In this document: in pieces, positions 17,593 through 26,571 of the stretch
How positions within the stretch are numbered: the first letter of the stretch is position 1
Layout of the letters: each line of letters opens with the position of its first letter
IMG/VR virus record: IMGVR_UViG_3300031962_000003
Location: 4,223 to 68,222 of that record
Length of the DNA stretch: 64,000 nucleotides
Reading direction: 5' to 3' (one strand)
Source of the DNA: a virus
Notes under the pieces: model-generated
Seen by the model: only the letters and a program-made list of their open reading frames with translations
What the model was told of the DNA's origin: nothing
The model's database searches: none
Position numbers and translations under genes: made by a program

Positions 17593-17794
17593 GAAGTCCG
17601 CCCCCGAGCATCTTGATCAGCTTGAATGCGATCCCGGAGATCTTGCTCTGCTCCTTGCCCTCGCCGTAGTCGACGGCCCGCTGGACGACCCGGAGCAGGT
17701 CCTCCCTCATCCCGCCGGCGACGCTCTTGACGCCCGGCGGCTGGTGCTTCTCGACGAACTCGTCGACGGCCTTCACTAGCTCAGCGATCGTCAT
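17585..17794 (-). CDS. hypothetical protein
   Basis: GC3-rich ORF overlapping the next start. Confidence 0.5.
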   Translation of the reverse strand: MTIAELVKAVDEFVEKHQPPGVKSVAGGMREDLLRVVQRAVDYGEGKEQSKISGIAFKLIKMLGGGLRE

Positions 17795-17921
17795 GAGAGT
17801 GTCCGATCTGTTGGAGGTGTGAACGGAAGTCCACCTGAAGTGAGCCCGGTGCTGAGCGTCATCGACCCCTCTGATCTCCAGATATCCTAGCAGCCGTTCA
17901 GCGGAATTGCATCAGGAAAAT

Positions 17922-17945
17922 GGCACAGAACACAGCTTCTGTGCC
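17922..17945. repeat. 24-bp 9-6-9 site (motif 1, perfect arms)
   Basis: GGCACAGAA-cacagc-TTCTGTGCC. Confidence 0.85.
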
Positions 17946-17979
17946 GTTTATCTTCCACCAAGAAGATTACCTAGGGAGA

Positions 17980-18795
17980 CTACAACGCCGCGTAGAGGGT
18001 GTCCTGCATCAGGACTTTCACCGTCACTGGCCCGTGCAGCTCGGATACGGCACATTCGACGCCGCACCGGAAACTCTCGGTGGAGTCGATCCGACGAGGC
18101 TTGCCGTCGACCTTCATGTCGTGCGTCCAAGCGGGCCAGACGGAGCTCTCGGAGAATGCTGCGATCTGGCGACGGACCTCCTCCTCCATGTTCTCGACCT
18201 CGTGAGGGAGGACGAAAAGCAGCTTGAATCCGGAGGCGGCGAGCTTGAGCCACGCGGTCTGCTGTCCGAACACCCAGGTCAGACACAACCCGCGGAGAAC
18301 CTTCTGAACGTCGTCCGCGTGAGACCACTTTTCGAAGCGCAGCTCGAGAGACGAAAGATCGTACTCCAGAGGAACCCCAAGATAGCCATCCAGGTTCATG
18401 TTCGTGTGGCGACGCATCTTCTGGGCACCGTTCGGAAACGCCTTGTGGTCGGTGAAGAGCGAGATCTCCCGCTCTGCCGTGATCCCCTCTTCCGGGACGA
18501 TCAGAGTGTCATAGAGCGGCTGTTTGAGGGCGCGGTGGACGACGTCTCCGCGAGCAGGCGTGAGCACGAAGTCCGACGAGCCCTTCGGAGACGGATCCGT
18601 GAGGTACGAGGGGCGGTCAAGGTTCTCGAGCGATCCGAACGGCGCGTGTTGCCGCTCCCCGAGCGCCTTTGCGACTGCCTTCGGGATTTCATCGGACAGG
18701 ATGGCTCGGACGTCGGCCGCCATCTTCTCGCGGTTCTCGATGAGACCGCGAAGGTCGTTCACCAGGGCTGCACGGTCTTCAGGTGACATGCTCAT
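17980..18795 (-). CDS. paralogue of the putative major capsid protein with extra N-terminal helix
   Basis: QPLYDT...HTNM...LGVPLEYDL...IDSTESF...LY aligns with EPRYDS...HTNM...LGTPQSFDV...INSTETF...LY of 58044-58651. Confidence 0.7.
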   Translation of the reverse strand: MSMSPEDRAALVNDLRGLIENREKMAADVRAILSDEIPKAVAKALGERQHAPFGSLENLDRPSYLTDPSPKGSSDFVLTPARGDVVHRALKQPLYDTLIVPEEGITAEREISLFTDHKAFPNGAQKMRRHTNMNLDGYLGVPLEYDLSSLELRFEKWSHADDVQKVLRGLCLTWVFGQQTAWLKLAASGFKLLFVLPHEVENMEEEVRRQIAAFSESSVWPAWTHDMKVDGKPRRIDSTESFRCGVECAVSELHGPVTVKVLMQDTLYAAL

Positions 18796-18828
18796 AAATC
18801 CTCCATTTATTATCTTCTGCCGAGAAGA

Positions 18829-18957
18829 TTACCTAAGCACGACAATGGCTACGTCTCCGCAGTCTCGGCACTTTATTTTCACGGTTCCTTTTGAGCCTTG
18901 CGGCAACGTTATCTTTGCTGCGTTCTTGCAGGACTTACAGCGCGCTTTTATGACCAT
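18829..18957 (-). CDS. 42-aa Zn-ribbon protein (not in ORF track)
   Basis: MVIKARCKSCK...IKCRDCG...VLR, fills the gap between motif-2 copies. Confidence 0.55.
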   Translation of the reverse strand: MVIKARCKSCKNAAKITLPQGSKGTVKIKCRDCGDVAIVVLR

Positions 18958-18978
18958 GCTTTCTGCCAAGAAGATTAC

Positions 18979-19209
18979 CTAGGGGAGGTCAGGAACCAGC
19001 AAATCACGGTTCACGACAAAGCAGGATGGGCATATCACGACCACCTGTCCAAGCGCCATCAGATCCGATATCAGAAGAGGCTGGCAATCTGCGCAAAAGA
19101 ACACGTTTCGTTGGCGGCATTTTGAGCAGGTGAAGTTAGGGTCTCCAAACTCCCCGCAGCCGGACATCCGGCATTCTGGCTTCCCATCCTTGAACTTCTC
19201 TCTGACCAT
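18979..19209 (-). CDS. small Cys-rich Zn-finger protein
   Basis: Several CxxC pairs; SD AAGGT. Confidence 0.55.
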   Translation of the reverse strand: MVREKFKDGKPECRMSGCGEFGDPNFTCSKCRQRNVFFCADCQPLLISDLMALGQVVVICPSCFVVNRDLLVPDLP

Positions 19210-19222
19210 TTACCTTCTTCCA

Positions 19223-19621
19223 CTATGGTGGTGTTCTACCACCAAATACTTCGCCATCGAATGTTTCACGCAGCGCCTTTTTTGTACGCCCTGGCTTCTC
19301 GTACTGATAGAACACTGTGCATGCAACTCCAAGCAACTGTCCAGATTCAATACCAATCACGAACGGTCTTTCACAATTCCCATTCGGACAGTCAAATATC
19401 CCTCGAAGGTTAAAGCCTTCGGTATGCCATTCTTTTGCTTTAGCGTACAAGCCAAGCAGGTCTTCTTTTGAAATCGTTACAACCATCCGACAGTCCGGAC
19501 ATTGACAAATGAACGAATCTATCGTCGAGTGCTGTTTTGGTTTATGGCCACAAATACGAATTGTCGGAATCCCCGTGTGAGGTCTCTCGCACTTGTGGAT
19601 ACTGATTTTTTGTACTTCCAT
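19223..19621 (-). CDS. Cys-rich hypothetical protein
   Basis: SD GAGG; CPDC, CPNGNC; AT-richer segment. Confidence 0.5.
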   Translation of the reverse strand: MEVQKISIHKCERPHTGIPTIRICGHKPKQHSTIDSFICQCPDCRMVVTISKEDLLGLYAKAKEWHTEGFNLRGIFDCPNGNCERPFVIGIESGQLLGVACTVFYQYEKPGRTKKALRETFDGEVFGGRTPP

Positions 19622-19657
19622 TTAGCCTCTATTAATCTTCTTCCACTACGATTATAC

Positions 19658-19918
19658 CTAGAACGGCTCCCGCCGGCCCCGCCACTCGACCGCTTCCTCG
19701 CGGGCCCGCTTCCAGCACTCGAGCGCCATGTCGGCCCAGCCGGCGAGCTTGTCGTCGCCTTCGACGGCCCCGCGGATCTTCTCGACGAAGAGCTTCGCCT
19801 GGACGCGGGACTGCTCCCGGTCGTACCAGATCCAGCGGAAGACGAACATGAAGACGGCGAGCGCGACAATGAGGGCTGCCACGGCGAGCGACAGTGCGAC
19901 GACGGCGACGATCAGCAT
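19658..19918 (-). CDS. membrane protein
   Basis: N-terminal hydrophobic helix; SD GGAGG. Confidence 0.55.
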   Translation of the reverse strand: MLIVAVVALSLAVAALIVALAVFMFVFRWIWYDREQSRVQAKLFVEKIRGAVEGDDKLAGWADMALECWKRAREEAVEWRGRREPF

Positions 19919-19937
19919 TGAATGGGTACCTCCAAGA

Positions 19938-20609
19938 TCAATATACCTTCAGGCCGGCGTGCTCCCGCACGTAGAATCCGTAATCCTGCCTCTTCCCGTC
20001 GATGTAGGCCAGCTTCACTCCGGCCTGGCCGACGCAATAGTTGAAGTAGACCTGGTCGCGCTTCGAGCCGGCGGAGATCTTGGACCACCAGAGCTCGTTG
20101 AAGCTCCGGATCACGTCGCTGTGCCTCCGGAGCAGGATCCCGGTCTCCCCGAGCCCGGCGGCGCGCGGGTGGCCGGCCCCGAGCAGGATCTTCAGCTCCT
20201 TCCCCATGACCGCCGGATCCTCCTTCCCGCAGGCGACGGCGGCGCGCGCGCCCTCGTAGACGCAGTCGATCGTCTGGTGCCGGAAGACCGCGACGTCGCT
20301 GTCCGACAGGTACCGCTCGACGAGCTCGCGGAGGTCGACGTCGATCGCGTCGACCGAGCCGTCGAGCCAGACGACGAGCCGGTAGTCCTTGACCGGCCCG
20401 ATGTGCGACATGACCTTGTGGAGCCGGGCTGTCCTGGTAGTGTCTTGCGCCTGGAAAAAAGATGGAATGGTGATCACCTTCGTCCGTCGAGGTGCTCTCC
20501 CAAGTGGGAAGTCAGTCAACAGGAACAGGTCGACGTCGTCCCCAAAGTCCGGCTCGACGTACGGGTCGTAGCGCCCGAAAATCCCCGTGTAGACGGCGAT
20601 CTTTTCCAT
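19938..20609 (-). CDS. DUF616/TOD1-MUCI70-like glycosyltransferase
   Basis: VYTGIFGRYD, ARLHK, VWLDGS, FRH..DCVYE, ETGILLRRH, WW...RDQ. Confidence 0.75.
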   Translation of the reverse strand: MEKIAVYTGIFGRYDPYVEPDFGDDVDLFLLTDFPLGRAPRRTKVITIPSFFQAQDTTRTARLHKVMSHIGPVKDYRLVVWLDGSVDAIDVDLRELVERYLSDSDVAVFRHQTIDCVYEGARAAVACGKEDPAVMGKELKILLGAGHPRAAGLGETGILLRRHSDVIRSFNELWWSKISAGSKRDQVYFNYCVGQAGVKLAYIDGKRQDYGFYVREHAGLKVY

Positions 20610-20613
20610 CCCT

Positions 20614-21165
20614 CTACCCTGGCCCGGCCGGCTCTACGTGCGAGAGGTCCTCGATGGAGAGCAGCTTACCCACCGCTCGCCGCTGAGCCTTCAGAAACAC
20701 GCCCGGATGGCTGTACACGTCCGGCTCGAGCGCCAGGATGTCCATGTCGGCGAAGATCGCCCGGAAGTGGTCGCCCGTGAAGCGCCAGTGGTCCTCCGGG
20801 AAGGCATGGTACGGGAACCCCGGGGACCTGGTCGTCACGACCAGGAGGCCACCTGACTTCGTGACCGACTTCATCTGGAAGACTGCGGTCCTCCAGTCTT
20901 TGACGTGCTCAAGCATCTCCGTCGAGATGACCACGTCGAAGCGCCTGGTCCCGAACCTCACATCTAGGTTGTCGACGTTCACGACGCGGTCGACGCCCGG
21001 GCCCGGCTGGGAGTCGACGCCGATGTACGAGGCGGGGCACATCGGCTCGACAATCGACCTGGGCGTCCCATTCACGTCGTAGCTGCCGACCTCGAGCACG
21101 GACTTCCCGGAGATCTCCTCCGGTGTCAGGGTACGTCCCAGGAAGTCAAGAACGGACTGGTGCAT
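20614..21165 (-). CDS. class I SAM-dependent methyltransferase
   Basis: VLEVGSYDVNG, GPGVD, FDVVISTEMLEH, YHAFPEDHWRF. Confidence 0.85.
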   Translation of the reverse strand: MHQSVLDFLGRTLTPEEISGKSVLEVGSYDVNGTPRSIVEPMCPASYIGVDSQPGPGVDRVVNVDNLDVRFGTRRFDVVISTEMLEHVKDWRTAVFQMKSVTKSGGLLVVTTRSPGFPYHAFPEDHWRFTGDHFRAIFADMDILALEPDVYSHPGVFLKAQRRAVGKLLSIEDLSHVEPAGPG

Positions 21166-21169
21166 ACGC

Positions 21170-21472
21170 TTACAGCTCTTCGATCCGAACTGGCTCGCAG
21201 TAGAGCACCTGGGAGCCGTCCGTCTCCGCGGCCACGAAGATCTGCCCGGACGACGCGACGTTGATACTGGCGAACTCCCCTGGATTCAGGACCATCCGAG
21301 AGTTTCGGTCCTTCGTACCTTTCTTGCTCGATCCGATGTAGATCGGGCCAGTGTTGCTCTTTAGTGCGGTCACGAGAAGGCACTTCCCAGCCGGAAGAAC
21401 GACGACCGGATCCACTAGCTGAGTGGCTTTACGTTTCTTCAGCCTCTTCGAGCCGCCAGTCACTCTACTCAT
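21170..21472 (-). CDS. hypothetical beta-rich protein
   Basis: NTGPIYIG...LNPGE motif; SD GGAG. Confidence 0.55.
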   Translation of the reverse strand: MSRVTGGSKRLKKRKATQLVDPVVVLPAGKCLLVTALKSNTGPIYIGSSKKGTKDRNSRMVLNPGEFASINVASSGQIFVAAETDGSQVLYCEPVRIEEL

Positions 21473-21496
21473 CGTCTCTCCAGTGGCACTCTAGTC

Positions 21497-21772
21497 TCAT
21501 TCTATGCCTATTTGAATCGCTTTTTTAGTTTTTCTTGCCCTCTTCATCCTGTACAGGCTGGCGAACTTCCGGATCTCCTCGATCTCGATCCCCTTCAAGC
21601 AGTTGACCAGGTCGACCACCCGACGCGCGTCTCTCATGGACTGGCTGGTGTCGAAGCCGCCGAAGGCCGCGATCGTCCTTCCGCCACTCGTCCCGACGTA
21701 GGTGCAGTTCACGCTCTGCCTCGTTACGCGCCAGCGGCCAGGCGTGTGCTTCATGCCGTCCGGTTTAGCCAT
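21497..21772 (-). CDS. phage hypothetical protein (KHTPGxW family)
   Basis: MKHTPGRW...DARRVVDLVNC. Confidence 0.6.
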   Translation of the reverse strand: MAKPDGMKHTPGRWRVTRQSVNCTYVGTSGGRTIAAFGGFDTSQSMRDARRVVDLVNCLKGIEIEEIRKFASLYRMKRARKTKKAIQIGIE

Positions 21773-21775
21773 TCT

Positions 21776-21979
21776 TCACCTTTTCTGTACAACTACACGC
21801 TTTGCCGACTTAACTAAAAAGTCGTGATGCTTCTTGCAGTCATCGCATCGATGGTATGAAAATCTACCGATTTTATAACTCCACCTTGAGGCTACTCCAC
21901 ACTGCTCAATAGAAATTCCACGAAGAACGACCTGGCCGCACGGACGACCACGTTTCTTAAGGTGCTTCCAGGTTTTCAC
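21776..21979 (-). CDS. small Cys-containing protein
   Basis: GTG inside a motif-1 site; ends VVQKR in the next site. Confidence 0.5.
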   Translation of the reverse strand: MKTWKHLKKRGRPCGQVVLRGISIEQCGVASRWSYKIGRFSYHRCDDCKKHHDFLVKSAKRVVVQKR

Positions 21980-21982
21980 TCT

Positions 21983-22129
21983 TCACCTTTTCTGTGCCAA
22001 CCTACGACCGGGCTTTAGCCTCAAGCACTGACAGCAGTAGAGTCTCGTCTCCTTGTGGATAAATCCTTCTTTGCTCTTCCCCGTGACGATCCACTTTGCT
22101 TTGCAGTAGCAGTGTTTCTTGCAGAGCAC
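21983..22129 (-). CDS. 48-aa Cys-rich protein (not in ORF track)
   Basis: MLCKKHCYCK...YCCQC...LAQKR, bounded by motif-1 sites. Confidence 0.45.
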   Translation of the reverse strand: MLCKKHCYCKAKWIVTGKSKEGFIHKETRLYCCQCLRLKPGRRLAQKR

Positions 22130-22137
22130 TCTTTACC

Positions 22138-22521
22138 TCACTCTACTCTTGTCCAAAGCTCTAGTTTGTATAGCGGGATCGGTAGCTTCCGCGCTGGGGC
22201 ATACGGAGTTCCCCACGTTTCGTCGATGGTCTCGTCAGCCCATTCAACGAACCCTTCCTCCGGAACAACGACGAGGATCTCGTCGCCGATCTGAGGAGGC
22301 GGAGGCTTCTGCCCCTGGACCCATGGCTTCTCGGTGTTCGTCACGGTCGTCCGGATGATCTCCATCGTCGCCAACGTCGCGTGATCTCCGCGCACGAGCG
22401 ACCAGAACCCTCCACCGTGAGAGCAGAACTGGCGGATCTCGATCATCGACGACCAGACGAACGGCTCCTTCCGGTACTTCCCGGCCGCGCGAGGATCTCG
22501 GAAGGCCACGTAGTGCTGCAC
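22138..22521 (-). CDS. hypothetical protein
   Basis: GTG with SD GAGGT provided by the site spacer. Confidence 0.55.
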   Translation of the reverse strand: MQHYVAFRDPRAAGKYRKEPFVWSSMIEIRQFCSHGGGFWSLVRGDHATLATMEIIRTTVTNTEKPWVQGQKPPPPQIGDEILVVVPEEGFVEWADETIDETWGTPYAPARKLPIPLYKLELWTRVE

Positions 22522-22542
22522 TCTTTACCTCTTCTGTGCCAA

Positions 22543-22767
22543 CTAGGCGAACTGCTGCTCAACGACCTCTTGCCCATGCTTCTTGCCGTGGGCTCGGTAC
22601 GCATCCCTGACGGCGTAGAAATGCTCGCGGCAATACTGCTTATCCTCGTTGCCGATCATATCTGGCCGATAAACGACCAGCCGGACAACCGGCATCTTGT
22701 CGCACGTCTCTTCGGCACATTTGATCGGGTACTCTTCTAGGCGAATCATTTTCTTCTCCTTTACCAA
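22543..22767 (-). CDS. small Zn-finger protein
   Basis: CAEETC...YCREH. Confidence 0.5.
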   Translation of the reverse strand: MVKEKKMIRLEEYPIKCAEETCDKMPVVRLVVYRPDMIGNEDKQYCREHFYAVRDAYRAHGKKHGQEVVEQQFA

Positions 22768-23156
22768 ATCTCAAACCCGCCGCACTTCTTTAGGAAGTCG
22801 ACGAACTTCAGGAGGTGCGGCAACTTAATCGAATAGATCGCTGGCGTCTTCACGTCCATCCCCTGTTGGGAGAGTTGCTGCATCAGGCCAACTTCTGGTC
22901 CTGGAGAACACTCGAGGACCATTACCTGCTCACCCTTCGGCCAGTCATTCTCGACAAACTCCTGTAGAGCCATCGCGAGCCGGTCGCACTCGTCCTGGGT
23001 CTTGAGGCCGTTGCCGTCGTTGTATTCCCAGCCGTCGATCGTCAGGCCGAGGGAGAAGAGCCGATTGACGTGCTCACAAAGAGAGTGGATCGGCCGCCAA
23101 GACCAGACCGATGCATCGAAGTTGCCGCCTTTGGTCCCGGTTAGAGACATGCCCAT
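22761..23156 (-). CDS. phage hypothetical protein
   Basis: SVWSWRPI...NDG...FVDFLKKCGGFEIW; SD AAGGGAG. Confidence 0.65.
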   Translation of the reverse strand: MGMSLTGTKGGNFDASVWSWRPIHSLCEHVNRLFSLGLTIDGWEYNDGNGLKTQDECDRLAMALQEFVENDWPKGEQVMVLECSPGPEVGLMQQLSQQGMDVKTPAIYSIKLPHLLKFVDFLKKCGGFEIW

Positions 23157-23191
23157 ATAAGCTCCCTTGGCACTCAATCTGCCTTCTGTGC

Positions 23192-23488
23192 CTACGCTTT
23201 CTTGGTGTACACCGGCCGTTCCCTAAGCGCCTCCGCCGCCTTCCAAGCGGAGAGGGCGCGAGCCTCAATCTTGTCTGTCGTCGGCATCCACTTGAGCCGA
23301 CACTTGCTGTTGAGGATCAGATTCGCCATCGCCTTCGCGTAGTCGACGAGATCCTGGTCATTCTGGCAAACGATCCCGAGACCGCAATCCCCGCGACGTG
23401 CCATGAAGACCGGGATCATGATCGCCGCGTACAGCTCGACCTTATCCTCCGGAGACATCCGGATCTCTTCCTTCTTCGGCTTCTTCAT
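23192..23488 (-). CDS. hypothetical protein
   Basis: Bounded by motif-1 sites; SD AAGGGAG. Confidence 0.55.
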   Translation of the reverse strand: MKKPKKEEIRMSPEDKVELYAAIMIPVFMARRGDCGLGIVCQNDQDLVDYAKAMANLILNSKCRLKWMPTTDKIEARALSAWKAAEALRERPVYTKKA

Positions 23489-23521
23489 AGTTCTCCCTTG
23501 GCACTCAATTCGGCTTCTGTG

Positions 23522-23776
23522 TCAATTGCTGGGAACCGTTTTATCTTCGACCGTGAACGGGATCGCTTCCTTCTGAAGCTCCCTCTTCATGTCCACAAAG
23601 CAGTTTGGGTGAATGAGATCGACGTCTCTGTCGATCTGGATCTTGTGCGCCATGTCTCCAGGGACGACGCGACCGCCCTTCGGGCAGAGTGAAAACGCGC
23701 AGCCCCAGTGACCGAGGAGGTTGTACGGTGGCGCCTTGCCGTCGAACTTGAAGGTTTCGAGAATCGTTATCTTCAC
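23522..23776 (-). CDS. hypothetical protein
   Basis: GTG after GGAGG; bounded by motif-1 sites. Confidence 0.5.
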   Translation of the reverse strand: MKITILETFKFDGKAPPYNLLGHWGCAFSLCPKGGRVVPGDMAHKIQIDRDVDLIHPNCFVDMKRELQKEAIPFTVEDKTVPSN

Positions 23777-23802
23777 TCTGCCCTCCCTGGCACTCAATAG
23801 GT

Positions 23803-23994
23803 CTACTGTGCCGCCCGCTCGCGGCGCTTCTCGATCATATCGAGGCACAGCGGACAGCTCGGATGCGTGATGAAGTGGACCGCGAGCGCGACTTCCTTCG
23901 CAAACGGGTCCATGTTCAACTCGCATCCGAGGTGCTCTCCTAGGATCTTCGCAATCACCAGATACTCCTCGTGCGTCTTCTTCATGGCACTCAT
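23803..23994 (-). CDS. small hypothetical protein
   Basis: Start and stop both lie within motif-1 sites. Confidence 0.5.
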   Translation of the reverse strand: MSAMKKTHEEYLVIAKILGEHLGCELNMDPFAKEVALAVHFITHPSCPLCLDMIEKRRERAAQ

Positions 23995-24002
23995 CTCGGT
24001 TT

Positions 24003-24515
24003 CTATGCCAGCCGAGTCCCCATCTTCCGGTGGATCCGCTCCAGCACAGCCTCGTTCAGATTGAAGGATCCGTTCGGATCCGAGAGCGCCAGGCGGACCG
24101 CGCAGATCACGAGATCGGCGACGTACTTCTCGACCGACTCCTTCTGGAAGGCTTCCGACGAGCCGTGGTGGTCCGCCTCCTCGACCATGTTCTGGAGCAT
24201 TACGGCGGCCTTCAGGACGTGCTTTAGGGCGTGGTCGAAGTCCTTGTACTTCGACGGGGAGTTCTTGAACTGTTCGCTGTAGAGCTCGTCCGTCCAGAGT
24301 TTTGGGAGCTCTTTCTGAAGGATCCGGAGGAGGTTCCCGCGCTCCTTCGCTCCCATTTCGATATGCCACGCCACGTCCGAGACGCGATCGAATCCTTTCT
24401 CCGGGGTCGGGTACTTCATCCCAGCCATCTCGATCAGGAGCTCGTCGAAGAGTTCCTTACGGCCGGCAACCTTCCCGTTCTCGAACGCGCGTTCTGTGTC
24501 GTTCACCGACAGCAT
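24003..24515 (-). CDS. hypothetical protein, MazG-like helical C-domain possible
   Basis: HALKHV...VEE...VADLVICA pattern. Confidence 0.45.
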   Translation of the reverse strand: MLSVNDTERAFENGKVAGRKELFDELLIEMAGMKYPTPEKGFDRVSDVAWHIEMGAKERGNLLRILQKELPKLWTDELYSEQFKNSPSKYKDFDHALKHVLKAAVMLQNMVEEADHHGSSEAFQKESVEKYVADLVICAVRLALSDPNGSFNLNEAVLERIHRKMGTRLA

Positions 24516-24525
24516 AGCTCTCTCC

Positions 24526-24870
24526 TTAATCCGCGATCCGCTCCAACATGACGACAGCCCGGTACTTCCCTTCCGTAAGAGACTCGTGCCCGAGGAATCC
24601 TCGGAGTTGGAAGTCTCCCTCAGGAACTCTCAGAGCGAACCAGGCCTGCCGGAGCTGGTGGATCTGAAACTCCGTCACCATGATGTGCGAGAACCGCTCG
24701 AAGGCCTTTTCCGGGATGTCGTGCGCCATCTTGACGATCGCGCCGACGTCCCGGCTAACGCGGGCGACCTCCCGCTTCGCCTCGTCGGCCTGGTTCGAGA
24801 TGCTGCACTGGAGATCTTTCATCCGCGCCTCGCCGTTCGCTACCAGGCGCTCGATCGCTTCCTTGAACAT
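24526..24870 (-). CDS. hypothetical protein
   Basis: SD AGGAGG. Confidence 0.55.
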   Translation of the reverse strand: MFKEAIERLVANGEARMKDLQCSISNQADEAKREVARVSRDVGAIVKMAHDIPEKAFERFSHIMVTEFQIHQLRQAWFALRVPEGDFQLRGFLGHESLTEGKYRAVVMLERIAD

Positions 24871-24899
24871 GCTCTCCTCCTTCTGGTACTAGATCCTGC

Positions 24900-25295
24900 T
24901 TAAAATCTCTCTGGAAGATTCCTATGGGCGATCGGCTTCGGACGGGACTCCTCCTCCGGCTCGCCGGTCGGCGGCGCGGCCATGGATCCGTCCGGCGGCG
25001 GCGCGTGCAGGGCGATCTGCTGTCTGAGCCTGGATCCCGGCCGACGCCTCTCGAAGGCCGCCCAGACGATCTCGTCGGCCGCGTTCACGATGTCGTCGGG
25101 CGGGTACGAGAAGATCCCGGTCGACGGGTTCGCTAGGACCCCCTGGATCACCGAGCAGGTCAGCTGATCGAGGAATGGGTCCTGCAGCTCTTTGTTCCGG
25201 ACGAGGAGTGCCTCGAGCTTTTCGTCCCGCTCCTTGGTGGTGACGCGCTGCTCGGACTTCGGGATCTTCGACAGCTCTCGCTTCTGGTCCATCAC
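24900..25295 (-). CDS. hypothetical protein
   Basis: VIQGVLAN motif, operon packing. Confidence 0.5.
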   Translation of the reverse strand: MMDQKRELSKIPKSEQRVTTKERDEKLEALLVRNKELQDPFLDQLTCSVIQGVLANPSTGIFSYPPDDIVNAADEIVWAAFERRRPGSRLRQQIALHAPPPDGSMAAPPTGEPEEESRPKPIAHRNLPERF

Positions 25296-25489
25296 CGCAC
25301 CTTCCTTCTACTGTGCTTCCGGATCTCCCGAACGAACTCCTCGAGACGCTCCGGCGTCACCCGAATCATCGTGTAGGCCGTCGGGGAGTTAGCGGCGGAC
25401 GGACCTACGATCTCGTACTCCGCCGAGTCGGACTTCCGGAAGATCGTGAAGCCGCCGACCTCCGCGACTCTCTCGTCGAGGGACGCCAT
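25292..25489 (-). CDS. hypothetical protein
   Basis: SD GGAGG before ATG 25489. Confidence 0.5.
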   Translation of the reverse strand: MASLDERVAEVGGFTIFRKSDSAEYEIVGPSAANSPTAYTMIRVTPERLEEFVREIRKHSRRKVR

Positions 25490-25798
25490 ACCCCCTCCTT
25501 CGCAATTCTGTTCATCAGGACTTGACTCTTTCCAAATGTCATCCGAAGCGTGCAGACACGGGTCTGAGCCACGACGTTCCAGCGCTGGACGTCCTCGTGG
25601 TGGTGGATCTCGACGACCGTCATCTTCCGCCTGGTCCCCCACTCGCGGGTGATCATCAGGACGGTCTTCTTACAGGCCGGGCACTTCATCTGCCCTTCTT
25701 CCTTGCGACGGCACAGAGAATCCCCCAGACGAAGACCGCGACCGCCAGAGCGAGCGCTCCGTGCAGGTACCACGGAATCTCTTCCCTCACAGGTCACC

Positions 25799-26047
25799 TC
25801 AGGCCACAGGCTCGGCGAGGGGCCGATTCGCCACCGTCGCCGGACCGCACTTGAAGCCAGGGTCGAGCTTCGCGAGCTCGCCGGCGAGCTGCTTCCGGAT
25901 CTGGACGAGGGACTTGTCCGCCTCCTCGAGCGCGATCTGGGCTCGCATCTTCGTCGACGTGAGCCGTTCGACCTCGAGCTGCTTCTCGGCGAGCGTCGCG
26001 GTGATCGCCGCGATCCGCTTGACGACTTCTTCCTTGTTGTCAGCCAC
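25799..26047 (-). CDS. small coiled-coil protein
   Basis: GTG after GGAGG; heptad pattern. Confidence 0.55.
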   Translation of the reverse strand: MADNKEEVVKRIAAITATLAEKQLEVERLTSTKMRAQIALEEADKSLVQIRKQLAGELAKLDPGFKCGPATVANRPLAEPVA

Positions 26048-26067
26048 GCTATCCTCCTTCTGGTTTC

Positions 26068-26568
26068 CTAAGCCGAGGCTCTCAGTACGACCTGCCAGTC
26101 CACCCGGGCCACGAGCCACGGGCAGTCCGGCCACTCCGAGACGTGCCCGTAGCCGGCGTCCTGGACCGCCGAGATCACGTCCCGGGTCCGCCACCAGGAC
26201 CGGTGCGCGATCCCCGGGGCGGCGTCCGGGTACACCGTGTAGTGCGAGACGATCTGCTGGAGCAGCTTGAAATCGACTGACGGGTGGTTGCAGCGGTCCA
26301 GGACCGGCACGACCAGGACGAGCGCCGCCGCCGGGGCCTGCTGGCGGACGAGCCGGATGAACCGATGCGCGTCCTCCGGCGTCTGGTGCTCGAGGAAGTG
26401 CCCGGCGAAGACGAGCTCCGCGCCGGCGTAGTCCAGCTTGAAGGCGTCCCCGTAGAGAACGGGCCTGCCCGCGTGGCTCGCCGCGGGGGACGTGACGTTG
26501 ATGTCGTAGTTCTCGAAGGGCGACTGGATGGGGTACTGCCCGCACCCGACGTTAATGTGCCTTCCCAC
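26068..26568 (-). CDS. SAM-dependent methyltransferase-like protein
   Basis: INVGCG, NYDI, GDAF, FAGHFLEH, VVP. Confidence 0.7.
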   Translation of the reverse strand: MGRHINVGCGQYPIQSPFENYDINVTSPAASHAGRPVLYGDAFKLDYAGAELVFAGHFLEHQTPEDAHRFIRLVRQQAPAAALVLVVPVLDRCNHPSVDFKLLQQIVSHYTVYPDAAPGIAHRSWWRTRDVISAVQDAGYGHVSEWPDCPWLVARVDWQVVLRASA

Positions 26569-26571
26569 GAC

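Larger units (their letters stand above)
17953..18981. repeat. motif 2: three copies of TTCYRCCRAGAAGATTACCTA
   Basis: Copies at 17953-17973, 18815-18835 and 18961-18981, each at a gene 3' end. Confidence 0.8.
21485..24009. repeat. array of motif-1 sites at consecutive gene junctions
   Basis: Sites at 21485, 21975, 22517, 23169, 23500, 23789, 23986 (24 bp each), degenerate copies at 21768 and 22125; consensus GGCACTCWW-N6-TTCTRTGCC. Confidence 0.85.

Noticed and set aside
21485-24009. CRISPR array interpretation of the 24-bp repeats
   Set aside because: Spacing is 150-650 nt and filled by ORFs, the repeat centres vary, and no cas genes are present
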